NCBI GenBank assembly: GCA_049903315.1
Contig: JBNGBT010000001.1
Location: 352,001 to 416,000, forward strand
From: Candidatus Cloacimonadota bacterium
GTDB lineage: Bacteria; Cloacimonadota; Cloacimonadia; JGIOTU-2
Length of the DNA: 64,000 bases
Direction of reading: 5' to 3'
The position numbers and the translations under genes are program-made. Of the stretch, positions 10,000 to 20,900 are shown one piece after another. The notes beneath the pieces were generated by a model. It was not told where the DNA came from and did not search any database. It worked only from the letters and a program-made list of their open reading frames with translations. The number at the start of each line of letters is the position of its first letter. The stretch's first letter is position 1.

Positions 10000-11586
10000 T
10001 TATAATTCGGTTGTAATTAGTCGGAGTGTTTTTTCTATGTCAATATATGCAACTTTATCCCGATCCCAGAAACTCACTCCTGCATTACGCAGCTTAGTAT
10101 AGATTCCCAAAGTTTTCTTCCCAAAGGTATGCTCTGGTGTTTTATTTTCGAAGTCGGGATCGATTCGTAGTCTCAAATCAAGTGCCTGGCATGCAGTGAT
10201 GTATTCGATAGCGATTATTTTTCGCACATTTTCCAGAATTTCTCTGAACTGCCTGGCAGCGATCGTGCCCATGGACACGTGGTCTTCGACATCTTCACTC
10301 GTTGGAATGGAATCCACGCTCGCAGGATGCGCAAGCACTTTATTTTCGGAAACCAAAGCTGCTGCCGTATATTGAAGGATCATAATGCCACTTTGCAAGC
10401 CCGGGTCTGTAGTGAGCATGCTGGGAAGTCCGTGACTCAAAAACTGAGAAGTAAGTTTAAAAATTCTTCTCTCCGATATATTTCCAAGTTCAGCAATAGC
10501 AATTTTTAAAAAATCACAGACCTGTGCAATAGGCTCACCATGAAAATTTCCACCCGAGAATGCTTTGATAGGTCTGTCTGCTTCGGGAATGATAAGTGGA
10601 TTATCCGTAACTGCATTAGCTTCGCGCTCAATGATATTGGCTGCAAAATCGAATGTTTCTTTGATTGGACCAACAACTTGCGGAAAGCATCGCAAAGAGT
10701 AGCTGTCCTGCACTTCGGATTTTCTCGAGTCTATCAGTGCACTGCCTTCGATAAATTCCATAACTTTTCTTGCGATTTCAATCTGACCTTTTTGTCTGCG
10801 GAGTTGATGAATTTTTGGTTGGAATGCATCGGATACGCCTCGCAATCCCTCGAGAGAAGCAGTGAAAATCTTTATTGCATTTTCAAGGAGAATCTGTGCT
10901 TCGACAAGCGCAAGCGCAGCGATCGCAGTCATGACATTAGTGCCGTTGTTCAGTGCGAGTCCTTCTTTTGCATCAAGTACTACACGATCGATACCTGCAT
11001 CGTGCATAGCTTTTAGTCCGGAAATTGTTTTTATGGAACAGTTATCCCGGTCAGTATTCTCTTCAATTATTACCCGACCGCTATATTCTTCAAGTTCCTG
11101 TTCTTCACCGCGGGATAGTACTAGGATGATATGTGAAATCGGTGCTAAATCTCCGCTTGCACCCACAGAACCTTGTGCAGGTACTGCCGGGTGAACTCCT
11201 TTGTTCAACATCTCAATAAGCGTTTCAAGAGTATTTAGTTTGATACCGGAGTATCCACTAGCAAGAGAATTGATTCTGAGGAGCATACTCGCTCTCACGG
11301 TTTTTACAGGAAGATAATTTCCTACTCCCGTGGAATGGCTGATGATGAGATTTCTTTGCAGTTCTTTCAATTTTTCAGGAGCAATACGCTTATCTTTAAA
11401 AGCCCCAAAACCTGTATTCACACCATACACGACATAATTTTTCTTTATAATTTCATCGATACAATCACGGCATTTCTGAATCTTTCTCTTCGCTTCCTCA
11501 GTAAGAGCAACCTTTGCTTTTTGTTCGGCTACTGAGTAAATCTGCTCAAGAGTTAAGGATGTGCCGTCTAAGTAAATCGTGTCCAT
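10000..11586 (-). CDS. hutH: Histidine ammonia-lyase
   Basis: YGVNTGFG, LIISH, GSVGASGDLAP, KEGLALNNG, QDSYSLRC, GGNFHG and EDHVSMG. Start taken at MDTIYL. Confidence 0.88.
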   Translation of the reverse strand: MDTIYLDGTSLTLEQIYSVAEQKAKVALTEEAKRKIQKCRDCIDEIIKKNYVVYGVNTGFGAFKDKRIAPEKLKELQRNLIISHSTGVGNYLPVKTVRASMLLRINSLASGYSGIKLNTLETLIEMLNKGVHPAVPAQGSVGASGDLAPISHIILVLSRGEEQELEEYSGRVIIEENTDRDNCSIKTISGLKAMHDAGIDRVVLDAKEGLALNNGTNVMTAIAALALVEAQILLENAIKIFTASLEGLRGVSDAFQPKIHQLRRQKGQIEIARKVMEFIEGSALIDSRKSEVQDSYSLRCFPQVVGPIKETFDFAANIIEREANAVTDNPLIIPEADRPIKAFSGGNFHGEPIAQVCDFLKIAIAELGNISERRIFKLTSQFLSHGLPSMLTTDPGLQSGIMILQYTAAALVSENKVLAHPASVDSIPTSEDVEDHVSMGTIAARQFREILENVRKIIAIEYITACQALDLRLRIDPDFENKTPEHTFGKKTLGIYTKLRNAGVSFWDRDKVAYIDIEKTLRLITTEL

Positions 11587-11587
11587 A

Positions 11588-12280
11588 TCAGAAGTGTTTC
11601 TCAAGGGAGAGTGTAAATCTCTGAAGAATGTGGTCGTAACCGCAATTCAGCGAGACAGTATTTTCCTTGGTAATTCCTTTATTGTAACGATGCACAGATT
11701 GCACTGCCTTGACCATACTCACCAATCTGTTTACAAGCATTCCCGCAATTGTAAATTTAGAGATGATCTTATATTTATTTTTCTCGCGCCGAAGTTCGCC
11801 GTATTTATACCACACATCCGTCGAACCCCAATCCCATGCTTGATCTCCTATATAAAGATATTCTTCGAGGAATTGATCGAACTCCTCTTGTGTCCAATCA
11901 CCGTAATATAAACCATTACGTGCATAAAGGCGAACATGATTATTGTATTCCTCACTTGAATAGTAATCCTGAAGAAGTTCATAATAAAGATCATCAGCAT
12001 TCGTGATTTGTGTTCCGGATTTAGCATCTGCGTATTTCTTGTAATCGTTCTCCGCCCATTTTGCCTGTTGCAAAAAGTTGAAATAACCCAGCCACAACAA
12101 TGTCTCAGTCGCAAGACTTGCAATTCCCGATGCGGTGTTTTTTGCATATAATTCACCTGTTCCTGGAATGGCAAAGGACATCAACGCTGCCAGTGCTTTT
12201 GATTTGGGTTTTTGAGCATGAAGTATTGAAGTGCTCAGTACGATAATAATAAGTGCGATGATTAAAAATTTATATTTCAT
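11588..12280 (-). CDS. Hypothetical exported/membrane protein
   Basis: Signal peptide followed by KSKALAALMSFAIPGTGELY (a TM2/DUF5683-like start). Ends in Phe and is coupled to its neighbours. Confidence 0.6.
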   Translation of the reverse strand: MKYKFLIIALIIIVLSTSILHAQKPKSKALAALMSFAIPGTGELYAKNTASGIASLATETLLWLGYFNFLQQAKWAENDYKKYADAKSGTQITNADDLYYELLQDYYSSEEYNNHVRLYARNGLYYGDWTQEEFDQFLEEYLYIGDQAWDWGSTDVWYKYGELRREKNKYKIISKFTIAGMLVNRLVSMVKAVQSVHRYNKGITKENTVSLNCGYDHILQRFTLSLEKHF

Positions 12281-15200
12281 TTTGTGATTCCAATCTTAAC
12301 TAATTCGCTTTTTCCGCCAACTTTGACCATTGCGAAATATACTCCTGATGCAACATTGTCAATCGGCCATACATATTCATTATTAATATATGCAGTGATC
12401 TGCTGTTCATCATTGAATAGAATGTCCGCTGCAAGGTTGTAGATTTTGATTGATGATTTTGCATCCTGGTTTGAACGTATTCTTATTCTGACCTGTCCTG
12501 ATTCTGCAGGATTGGGATATGTGAGAATAGTGAATGTCGCAGTCGAATCGGGATTTCCTTCTGAGAGGGCTGTAACACAAGCAGTTCTTTGGGGTCCGTT
12601 TTTATATCCGTTCCAGTAGACCTCAGCAGTAGAATTTTCAGGGGGAGGGAAGGAATACATCTGAATAAGAGAATCAGAAATCGGCAAATACAACATCGAT
12701 GATGTACCGTTCTGAGAGATCAAGGGAGATGCAAGTGCCAGACCGTTCGCAAAGCTATACATTTTCTGAATCGTGCAATTGTTGTCGATCGCCTGAGTCC
12801 AGTTCGAGGAAGTGGGCAGATAGAGCGAAATATTTTCAGCCAAAAAGTCCTGCCCGATTATCGGTGAAACAGATGCTGAATAGGACACATCATAAGGCAT
12901 AACAGGAGTTTTGTTTAAAAATGAGCCATTTGGCTGAAGGATGAATATCATATTGTCCGCAGTAAAGACAACATCATGAATGCCGTCATCATTCACATCT
13001 CCAAGAGAAATGTTGGAAAAATTTGCAACAGGATAGGTGGCAGAGTCAAATATCTGGGTAACAACACCGTCAGCAATGACATATATAGAACCGAAATTAT
13101 CCTGAATATAAATTCTCTGCTGATGAACAAAGTCTTTCATCACGCTCTCTATAAGCGGATAGTGATTTCCGATTTGAGTTCGTATAGGAAATTCTTCAAG
13201 CAGCGTTAATGCTGTGTCATAAATGGCAACAGTATTTTCATGTGTAATTGCAATGAGTTCATCGATAATTGGGTCAAAAGCGATTTTTTCGATATGTGTA
13301 TTTTCCTGTGCAATGACAGTGAGAGCGTCTCCATTAAATCTCAATTTTTTTAAACCAAGATCAGTTGGAACGATGATATCATTTACAGAAACCTGGATTG
13401 GAGAATCGGTGATCCATCTATCGAGTTTGATCCCGGATACTGTGATCGGCGGGTAATGCATGATATCAAAGTGAATGAATGCAATCGAATCCTCCATACT
13501 TGCAATGATGTATTTCTTTTGTGAAATTTCCGCAAGTGAAAGTGGGTGGGTGACCGGTTTGTGGAGTGAAAGAGAATATTCTCCAAAGAGATCGTCAGAT
13601 ATCATCAGCAAGGAATCCGAAGCAGTAACGAGAAGATTGGAGTTGAAAAGGTTATTTTTATAATGAATAAGCTCGTGTGCCGGATTGAATTTCTGCACCG
13701 GTTTGTAGGATGTGATCTGATCATAGGTTTGATACTGAAAAGCAAAGGACATCTCAACACCATAATTGCTTATATCAGTTATCTCAAGCAGAGAATTTAT
13801 ACTTTCGTTGCTGAACGAGTTCGGTCGCGTATTTGGTGCAAGTTTATAATTATGATATCGATTTGTGTCACCGGGAGTCCATGTGCCTGGTTTCGTTTTG
13901 AAAAATGGCTCATAGCAAGTGCCGTATGGAAAATATGAATAAGGATTGCCAATGTCTTCGATGCCATCTGCTTCGACGAGTTTGACTCCGCGACGGGAGG
14001 ATTGAGTGTTCACCATATTCGCATCAAAGCGGTTGTACCAATCATCATCGACTTCAACGAGTTCGTCATAGATCACATAATCATCGATGTGCCAGATGCA
14101 CAATCCGCCGTTCGTTTCAGCATCAAGATATGTGTCATACGTAGGAAGGAAATAGTCAAATTCGTAATTGTTTCGGTCAGTTTCAGGATTCATAGGATAG
14201 AGGGGTACGCGTCCTGTGATGTCATCAACTTTGATGACCGGAGCTCCTTGATTATCCAACTCGACTTCCCGGTTTTCTATCAAAAAATATTCTTTATTAT
14301 TAATAGGAATTTTAACAAATTGAGGAAGAAGCGCATCTGGAAGTTCAGCAGCAAGAACAGTGATTTCCGATGGTGAATCCACAGTGATAAATTTTCCGGA
14401 AGCTTCTAACTCCTTACCCCATATCAAAATGCGGGACCACGCAGATGGTAGCGTCGGAAGAACTGCTTCTATCACAAGGGAATCCGGGGGTGTCTGCATT
14501 GTGTCTATCAGAACTGCGGAGCCAAAACCACCACTGTCCATAATGTCCCAGTACCCAACTGCGGGATACATGTTTGATGTATTATACAAGTCCACAAAAC
14601 CAAGTCCGTGACCGAATTCATGAAAAACTTCAGCATTTATGGAACCAAATCCGTAGATGAAGTGATCATTCTTATAAAAATCCTGAGAAATAGTTTCCGG
14701 GGAGTTACCTCCGGATTTCACAAAATAAGTGCTGTCATTCACTGCAATAGAATCATCTCTCAGATGAAAATAGCAGGATGGAATATCACTGGGTGTGTCA
14801 TAGAAGACATCATGCTGCCAGTCCGAACCGGCATGGATTATCATAATATGATTATACTCAGAAAAGATGATGTCTGGAGTGAGCACAAATTCTGTAGTAT
14901 CCGCAGTAGTAATTGCATCTTTGAAATATTGAATTAATCTGTCTGATTTTAGATCGTAATCTTCTGTATCAGGCCAGTAATATGCCATCTGTTGCGGCAT
15001 TTGATATGCTGTGTCAGCCTGATGAGGGAATATCTTGAAATGGAAATTTTTCTCTTGGAGTGGATTGAAGGTGTTCAGCTCTCCGAGACTCGCAGTTTGG
15101 TAGTAGTATTGCATTGCTTTCACAGTTTGATGAAAGAATGTTGAGTCGTGTGGTGGAGAACCTATAGTACTTATCGAATCCATAACACCATCCACTTCAA

Positions 15201-15519
15201 AGTAATCCCAATGTCCAAAATCAAATGTGCCATTTCCTGTAGTGTTCGGATCATCATCAGGAATGAAATCAACAAGTATGACCAGCAGATTCACTCCTTC
15301 AAAGCCATCTTTTGTGAGACTGGTGAATTTATCAGATAATCCCTGTGTAGAGTATATTTTGTGATGCACTTCAGAAGGAAGCTTTTTTAGTTTCTCATAT
15401 CTCTTCTGCACTTCCTGGGCCGGCAGTTTTTTGAATGTGTAGGAGGGAGATTTGGCATAAAGGAAGAGAGGGAGCATAAGAAAAAGAAATATATATGTGA
15501 GAATTTTTGAAATTTTCAT
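12277..15519 (-). CDS. Secreted M6 (immune inhibitor A-like) zinc metalloprotease with propeller-like region and T9SS-type C-terminal domain
   Basis: Signal peptide, LVILVDF, IIHAG, HEFGHGLGFVDLY, WDIMDSG, EYFLIENR and GLCIWHID. C-terminus YPNP...IKIYNLAADIL...VASGVYF...KIGITK. Confidence 0.85.
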   Translation of the reverse strand: MKISKILTYIFLFLMLPLFLYAKSPSYTFKKLPAQEVQKRYEKLKKLPSEVHHKIYSTQGLSDKFTSLTKDGFEGVNLLVILVDFIPDDDPNTTGNGTFDFGHWDYFEVDGVMDSISTIGSPPHDSTFFHQTVKAMQYYYQTASLGELNTFNPLQEKNFHFKIFPHQADTAYQMPQQMAYYWPDTEDYDLKSDRLIQYFKDAITTADTTEFVLTPDIIFSEYNHIMIIHAGSDWQHDVFYDTPSDIPSCYFHLRDDSIAVNDSTYFVKSGGNSPETISQDFYKNDHFIYGFGSINAEVFHEFGHGLGFVDLYNTSNMYPAVGYWDIMDSGGFGSAVLIDTMQTPPDSLVIEAVLPTLPSAWSRILIWGKELEASGKFITVDSPSEITVLAAELPDALLPQFVKIPINNKEYFLIENREVELDNQGAPVIKVDDITGRVPLYPMNPETDRNNYEFDYFLPTYDTYLDAETNGGLCIWHIDDYVIYDELVEVDDDWYNRFDANMVNTQSSRRGVKLVEADGIEDIGNPYSYFPYGTCYEPFFKTKPGTWTPGDTNRYHNYKLAPNTRPNSFSNESINSLLEITDISNYGVEMSFAFQYQTYDQITSYKPVQKFNPAHELIHYKNNLFNSNLLVTASDSLLMISDDLFGEYSLSLHKPVTHPLSLAEISQKKYIIASMEDSIAFIHFDIMHYPPITVSGIKLDRWITDSPIQVSVNDIIVPTDLGLKKLRFNGDALTVIAQENTHIEKIAFDPIIDELIAITHENTVAIYDTALTLLEEFPIRTQIGNHYPLIESVMKDFVHQQRIYIQDNFGSIYVIADGVVTQIFDSATYPVANFSNISLGDVNDDGIHDVVFTADNMIFILQPNGSFLNKTPVMPYDVSYSASVSPIIGQDFLAENISLYLPTSSNWTQAIDNNCTIQKMYSFANGLALASPLISQNGTSSMLYLPISDSLIQMYSFPPPENSTAEVYWNGYKNGPQRTACVTALSEGNPDSTATFTILTYPNPAESGQVRIRIRSNQDAKSSIKIYNLAADILFNDEQQITAYINNEYVWPIDNVASGVYFAMVKVGGKSELVKIGITK

Positions 15520-15591
15520 ACGTAACGTTCCGCTATTATTTCTACTCTGTGATGTAGAATCAATTTATATTTTATGTAGATAATACTTAGT

Positions 15592-16644
15592 TTAGAATGT
15601 AACACCTAATGAGAAGGTTTTATTATTAGTGGTCAACTCACCAGCAGGTTGAAGAGCAAAGTCAAAATAGAGTTCTTTTCCTTTTGAGAATTCATAACTG
15701 ATACCACCGCCAAAGGAGAGACCCTGAATATGACCGGCAACATCATTCACATACCCGACGCGAAGAGAGATAAGGTTGTAGTACTTGTATTCAACACCGA
15801 TATTTTCAATCATAGAATCAAGTTCATTTTTAAATCCATCATCACCCCAGGACGTAAAAATTCGTTTCCAGAGTGGATCATTGTTGACCATCATCTTATT
15901 AATGTCACCTGTTACAGTGAGTTTATTGTATTTGTTATCGAATATTCTGTAGGATAAACCAAGCTTGAGATTGAGAGGCATTGGCTGTTTTGATTCTGAG
16001 TTTGCATAACTCATATCTGGACCGAAATTCTGAATGTTCACACCAAAGTCGAGCTTGGGAATGAAGAAATTCTTCTTGAGAAGTCCAAGGTCAACAACAA
16101 AGGTGTAACCCGTTCCTTCAGCATCCATAAGCTCTTCGATAAGAGGTGCAAGACCGCTGATAACGCCTTTTAAATTGATGCCAACTCCGAGATTATCTGT
16201 TAGCTTAGTTCCATAGGAACCGCCAACAGCGATTTCATAACTGGTGAATTTTTGCAGAGGGTGACCTTCGGCATCATATGCTTCCTGTTCTCCATACGTC
16301 ATATAGGTAATATTGAGTCCAACCGTACCGATGCCTTCGAAATATTGAGAATATCCAAGGTATTCATAATACATGTCATCAATGATGTCACCAAACCAGT
16401 TTGAGTGCATAAGACCGAGTTCTGAATTGTCCTGGAAAGCCAGTCCGCCCGGGTTCCACCAGGATGCAAAACCTCCATCTGCAATTGAGACAAAGGAATG
16501 ACCGAGTCCGTTTGGACGTGAGCCCGGTTCAATAAGAAGGAAAATACATGTTGCTTCCGAACCTGCAAAAGCAAACTGTGTGAAAATTACTGTAAAAGCA
16601 ACGATTAAAAGAAGCGAAATGCTGAGTTTATTTTTTATTTTCAT
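15592..16644 (-). CDS. PorV/PorQ-family outer-membrane beta-barrel
   Basis: FLLIEPGSRPNGLG and WWNPGGLA motifs, P.NLKLG, alternating beta-strand pattern and C-terminal Phe. Confidence 0.8.
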   Translation of the reverse strand: MKIKNKLSISLLLIVAFTVIFTQFAFAGSEATCIFLLIEPGSRPNGLGHSFVSIADGGFASWWNPGGLAFQDNSELGLMHSNWFGDIIDDMYYEYLGYSQYFEGIGTVGLNITYMTYGEQEAYDAEGHPLQKFTSYEIAVGGSYGTKLTDNLGVGINLKGVISGLAPLIEELMDAEGTGYTFVVDLGLLKKNFFIPKLDFGVNIQNFGPDMSYANSESKQPMPLNLKLGLSYRIFDNKYNKLTVTGDINKMMVNNDPLWKRIFTSWGDDGFKNELDSMIENIGVEYKYYNLISLRVGYVNDVAGHIQGLSFGGGISYEFSKGKELYFDFALQPAGELTTNNKTFSLGVTF

Positions 16645-16686
16645 GATAAAAACTCCTTTTCATATTTTGAAATTTCATGGGAAAAT

Positions 16687-16716
16687 ACCTCAAAACGCGG
16701 TATGTCCGTGTGAGGT
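16687..16716 (-). other. Imperfect stem-loop between tRNA-Leu and the PorV-like gene
   Basis: ACCTCA...TGAGGT outer stem with an imperfect inner stem, followed by ATTTT on the minus strand. Confidence 0.3.
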
Positions 16717-16781
16717 GCACGCGATATGTTATTAACTAACAAATAACAATATATGTCACTCCTTTTATAAATATTTTTATC

Positions 16782-16868
16782 TGGTGCCGAAGGCCGGACT
16801 CGAACCGGCACGAACCTAAGTTCGCTGGATTTTGAGTCCAGTGCGTCTACCAATTTCGCCACTTCGGC
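16782..16868 (-). tRNA. tRNA-Leu(CAA)
   Basis: Minus strand reads GCCGAAGTGGCGAAATTGGTAGACGCACTGGACTCAAAATCCAGCGAACTTAGGTTCGTGCCGGTTCGAGTCCGGCCTTCGGCACCA. It has an acceptor stem, anticodon CAA, long variable arm, GTTCGA T-loop and encoded CCA. Confidence 0.97.
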
Positions 16869-16876
16869 ATGGCTAA

Positions 16877-16904
16877 AAGCTACGATGGTCATAATTGATG
16901 TCAA
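16877..16904 (-). promoter_or_regulatory. Putative sigma70 promoter of tRNA-Leu
   Basis: TTGACA-16 nt-TAGCTT immediately upstream of the tRNA. Confidence 0.5.
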
Positions 16905-16914
16905 ATTATTTCTC

Positions 16915-17994
16915 TCAATCCAGTTCGTTATCGATTGGTTTTAGAGTGTCTTCACCGGTTCCTGTTTTTGCTTTGATCAATTCAAGCTTCAAGCGTAATA
17001 ATGCAGCGGTCTCTACATCTGTTTCATTATCGATCATAATTTGATATATATAAACAAGCTCTTTGTTCAGTCCGAGCTCTTCATATATTTTTGCAAGCAG
17101 TTGATAGTACTCATTTTTCTCTTCTTGAGGAGTGGTTTCAATAATATAGTTAAGCGTATCTATTGCTTGAAGAAATTGATGATTTGCCACCAAGCCATTA
17201 ATAAACAACTCATAAGAATCCGACTTCAATTCCGAATGCGGGAATCGATTAAGAAGGGCGATGGTCGTCTCAACTGTTTTATCCCAATTATTTTGTGATT
17301 TATATACAATTGAAAGGTTATAATAAACAGAATCAAGCCATGTACAGTGGGGATACGTATCAATAAGGAAAGTATATTCTCTTATTGCTTCATCAAAATT
17401 GCGAACAGTTACATAGTAATTTGCGAGCTCAAATTGCAGCTTTGGCACCTTTGAACTCAGTGGGAATTTTTTTATAAATTGAGTGTATATTTCCGTAGGA
17501 TTTTTGTAAATTCCAAGATAATAATTACATTTTTCAACCTGAAGAAATGCATGATCCTTGTCTTTTAAAGGGCTATTAAAATATATAAATTGTGTGTAGT
17601 AATGCTTTGCCTTTTCGTAATTCTTTTGAGAAAAATATATGTTTCCTATTTCCCTTAATGATAAAATTCCAAAATCATCAAGCGGATAGTCTTTATAGTT
17701 TTTCTCCAATACAGAAAGCGCAGTGTTTGTGCTATCAAGTGCGGCATAAGATTTTCCGACCAGGTACATCGCTTCAGCAAAAAAGAGTCCATTCGGATTG
17801 TCATGCACATACTCTTTAAGCTCAGTAATTGCTTGAGCATATAATTCATTTTCAAAATCAAATTTTCCGGTGAAGAAAACGATCAGGGAATCCTGATTTT
17901 GTACTTCCTTATTCACTACAGTATGTAACTCGACTTGAGCACAAAGTGATGCAGTTGATATTAGAAAAATAAGGATAAATAAGATTTTTTTCAT
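16915..17994 (-). CDS. Exported TPR-repeat protein (BamD/CpoB-like repeats)
   Basis: Signal peptide MKKILFILIF (ATG at 17994) and repeated Y..L...YP.S-type TPR motifs. Confidence 0.75.
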   Translation of the reverse strand: MKKILFILIFLISTASLCAQVELHTVVNKEVQNQDSLIVFFTGKFDFENELYAQAITELKEYVHDNPNGLFFAEAMYLVGKSYAALDSTNTALSVLEKNYKDYPLDDFGILSLREIGNIYFSQKNYEKAKHYYTQFIYFNSPLKDKDHAFLQVEKCNYYLGIYKNPTEIYTQFIKKFPLSSKVPKLQFELANYYVTVRNFDEAIREYTFLIDTYPHCTWLDSVYYNLSIVYKSQNNWDKTVETTIALLNRFPHSELKSDSYELFINGLVANHQFLQAIDTLNYIIETTPQEEKNEYYQLLAKIYEELGLNKELVYIYQIMIDNETDVETAALLRLKLELIKAKTGTGEDTLKPIDNELD

Positions 17995-17998
17995 TGAA

Positions 17999-20900
17999 TT
18001 AATCGAGTTTGACAGACACAATCTTCGAGACACCCTCTTCTTCCATTGTAATGCCATACAAATAATCCACAGCTTCAATAGTACGTTTGTTGTGCGTAAT
18101 GATAAGGAATTGTGTGTCGGATGAAAATTTATTTACCAACTGAAGAAATCTGCCCACATTTGAATCATCAAGAGGGGCATCGATCTCATCGAGGATACAG
18201 AAAGGACTCGGCTTTACAAGATAAATAGAGAAAAGGAGCGCTATTGCAGTGAGAGCTTTCTCTCCGCTTGAAAGAAGGCTGATATTCGTTATTTTCTTTC
18301 CTTTGGGATTTGAATATATCTCAATTTTTGAGTTAAGAGGATCCGAGGGATTTTCCAGCTTGAGTACACCCTTTCCACCGTTAAAGATTTCTTTGTAGAT
18401 TGAATCAAAGTTCTTTTGAATGATGGTAAAAGTGTTCATGAACATTTTTTCGGCAGTCTCGTTGAGTTGGGATATCGCTTCCTGAAGATTAGTTTTGGAA
18501 TCAACAAGGTCTGTTCTCTGTTCATTGAGAAATTCCAACCGCTTTTTTTGCGTTTCATAATCATTAATTGCAGCAAGGTTTATTGGTCCCAGATTTTCAA
18601 GACGTTTCTCCTGCTTTTCTCTGTCTGTTTGCAACTCAACCGTATTAAGTTCTTCATAATCCTCTGCTCTATCGTGAGATAGATCATGGTGATAATGCTG
18701 TATCACATCATCTTTCAAATGTTCGATCTTCAGTTTCGTTTCCTGGATTTTGAGTTCGATCTCGTTCTTATCTCTTGAGAATACTTCCTTTTTATATTCG
18801 AGATCATGCAATGTCATCTTGAGGGTATCGAGCTTTTTCCTGAGTTCGTGGAATTCGTTTTCTATACTTACGTTTTTTTCTTTGAAAGTATGCAGTTCAT
18901 CGACTTTTTTCTTAAAGGAAATCTCATACTTTTCAGTTTCTTCTAGCAGGTCTTCTATCTCTTTTTTCAATGGTTCGATCGAATTCTGTAATTTCTCCAG
19001 TTCCTGTTCATTTGCCAGCGCAGTTTCTTTGATACGAATTATGTTCTGATTTATATATGCGATATCTTTATCGAGTTTGGTGACTTCGATTTTTTGGTCA
19101 TTAACCAATTCTTCATAGCGGTATTGCTCTTTGCGGGTTACTTTCAGTGATGCCTGAACAGATTCCAGCTTTTGCTGAAGAGCTTTTTCTTCTTGTACCG
19201 GAATTTCACCGAGTTTTACTTCAACAGCGTCCAATCCTTCCAGGATTTCGGATTGCTGCGTTTCTATCTCTGAGAGTTGCTGTTTATTATCTCTCACCAA
19301 CTCCTGAAAATTATCCCTCTGAATAGTAATATTGATGAGCTGTTTTTGATCTTTTTCAAGTTGATCTGATGTGAGAGCAATGTCTTTTGTCAGAATTTTT
19401 ATTTGTTCATTAATTTGTGATTTTTTAGCGATTATTTCTTCAATGGATCGCAGTATTTTGGCATTTTCACCTTGTAAGCCTGATATTTTTTTATCGATAT
19501 TATGCAATTCTGCTTTACGGCTGAGAAGTCCTTTTGAAGATGAATCAATCCAGTGGGTGGTGACCATTCCGCGGTTTGAATATATCTCACCAGTTCTCGT
19601 AATAAAGTAGAGAATTTTATCATCATTTTGATATTGATTAGTAAGAGTAAGTGCGATATCACGATTTTCAACAATATAATAATTCTCAAGCAACTTTGGA
19701 TGGACGATTTCAGTCTTGAAGGTGAGTATCTCAATAAGCGGGACTGCATTTTCAATCTTGATCATCTGCGGGTTTTTTTTCTGACCTGTATTCTTGATTA
19801 TAAGCTGGGATGTGAGCTTCTCTTTCTGTAAGTAGGAAACGAGTTCTTGAATATCCTGCTCTTCACAAATGGCAGAAAGAAGTATGTTCCGTAATGCCTG
19901 TTCGATAAGACCGGCATACTCGTCTTTCACAGAAATATTTTCAGCAAGGGTTGTGAGTTTTCTATCTTTGAATTTTTCCAGAAGCGCTTTGGTGCCGTCC
20001 GAATATCCTGCAAAATTCCTTTCCCATTCCTTAAGTTGCTGCTTTTCATTTTCAAGAGCCTTAATTCTGAAAAGAAAATCATGAGATTCATCACGCAACT
20101 TTAGTTCTTTTTTATTGAGATCTTCAAGACTTTTTTCATGAGAGATACTCTTGTCACGAATTGCCTGGAGTGATTGTGTGCTTTGCTGCTGTTTCTTTTC
20201 ATGTTCTGTTACCAGCTCGCAGAATTTCTCATATTTGTTTTGATAATCATTAATTTTCTCTGCAATACGGTTAACCTGTTCTGTGATAAGCCGCTGTCTG
20301 GTTTCAAGCTCATTTTGTTCATTCAACAACTTCTGTTTTTTGGATTGGAACTCATTTATTTTACTATAGATATCATCATTTTCTTTATAAAGTTCTTGAA
20401 CATTTTCTTTGATCTCAGCGAGTTTTTTTTCTAATTTTTCAGCTTGTTCTTTTTGGAAGATAAGGGATTCTTGAGCTTCTTTGATTTTTTTATATTCTTG
20501 ATCTAGAACATCAGAACCGGACTCTTTTTGCAGTTTTATTACTTTTATGCGCTCTTGGTTGTCCTCGAGTTTGTTTTTATTATTTGTTATCTGTTGCTTG
20601 TTGAGAAGAATCTGTTTTTCAAAGGAATTTATAGCTTCTTCAATCTCGCGCTGCTTTGCCTGTTCTTGTTTCAGCTTATCTTCAATCGCAAGATGTTCCC
20701 TTTCTTTTGTGGTAAACTCAGCTTCACATTTGGAAAGATCTTTGCTGTTCAGAGTGATCTTCTCTTCAAGCTCCAGGAACTTTTCATTCATTGGTGCTAG
20801 CTGTTTATGCATTTTAAAAAAATCAATACCTGCAATTTGTATTTTGATCGTATTGATCGAGTTATTTATGTTTTGATATCGTTTTGCCTTGCCAACCTGG

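Noticed and set aside
16645..16782. tRNA-Leu as an integration site
   Set aside because: I found no duplicated tRNA 3' end and no adjacent integrase in the window.
16641..16904. 87-aa minus-strand ORF
   Set aside because: It overlaps tRNA-Leu and is a translation artefact.
18400..20900. Periodic low-complexity sequence
   Set aside because: It is explained by the SMC coiled-coil arms.
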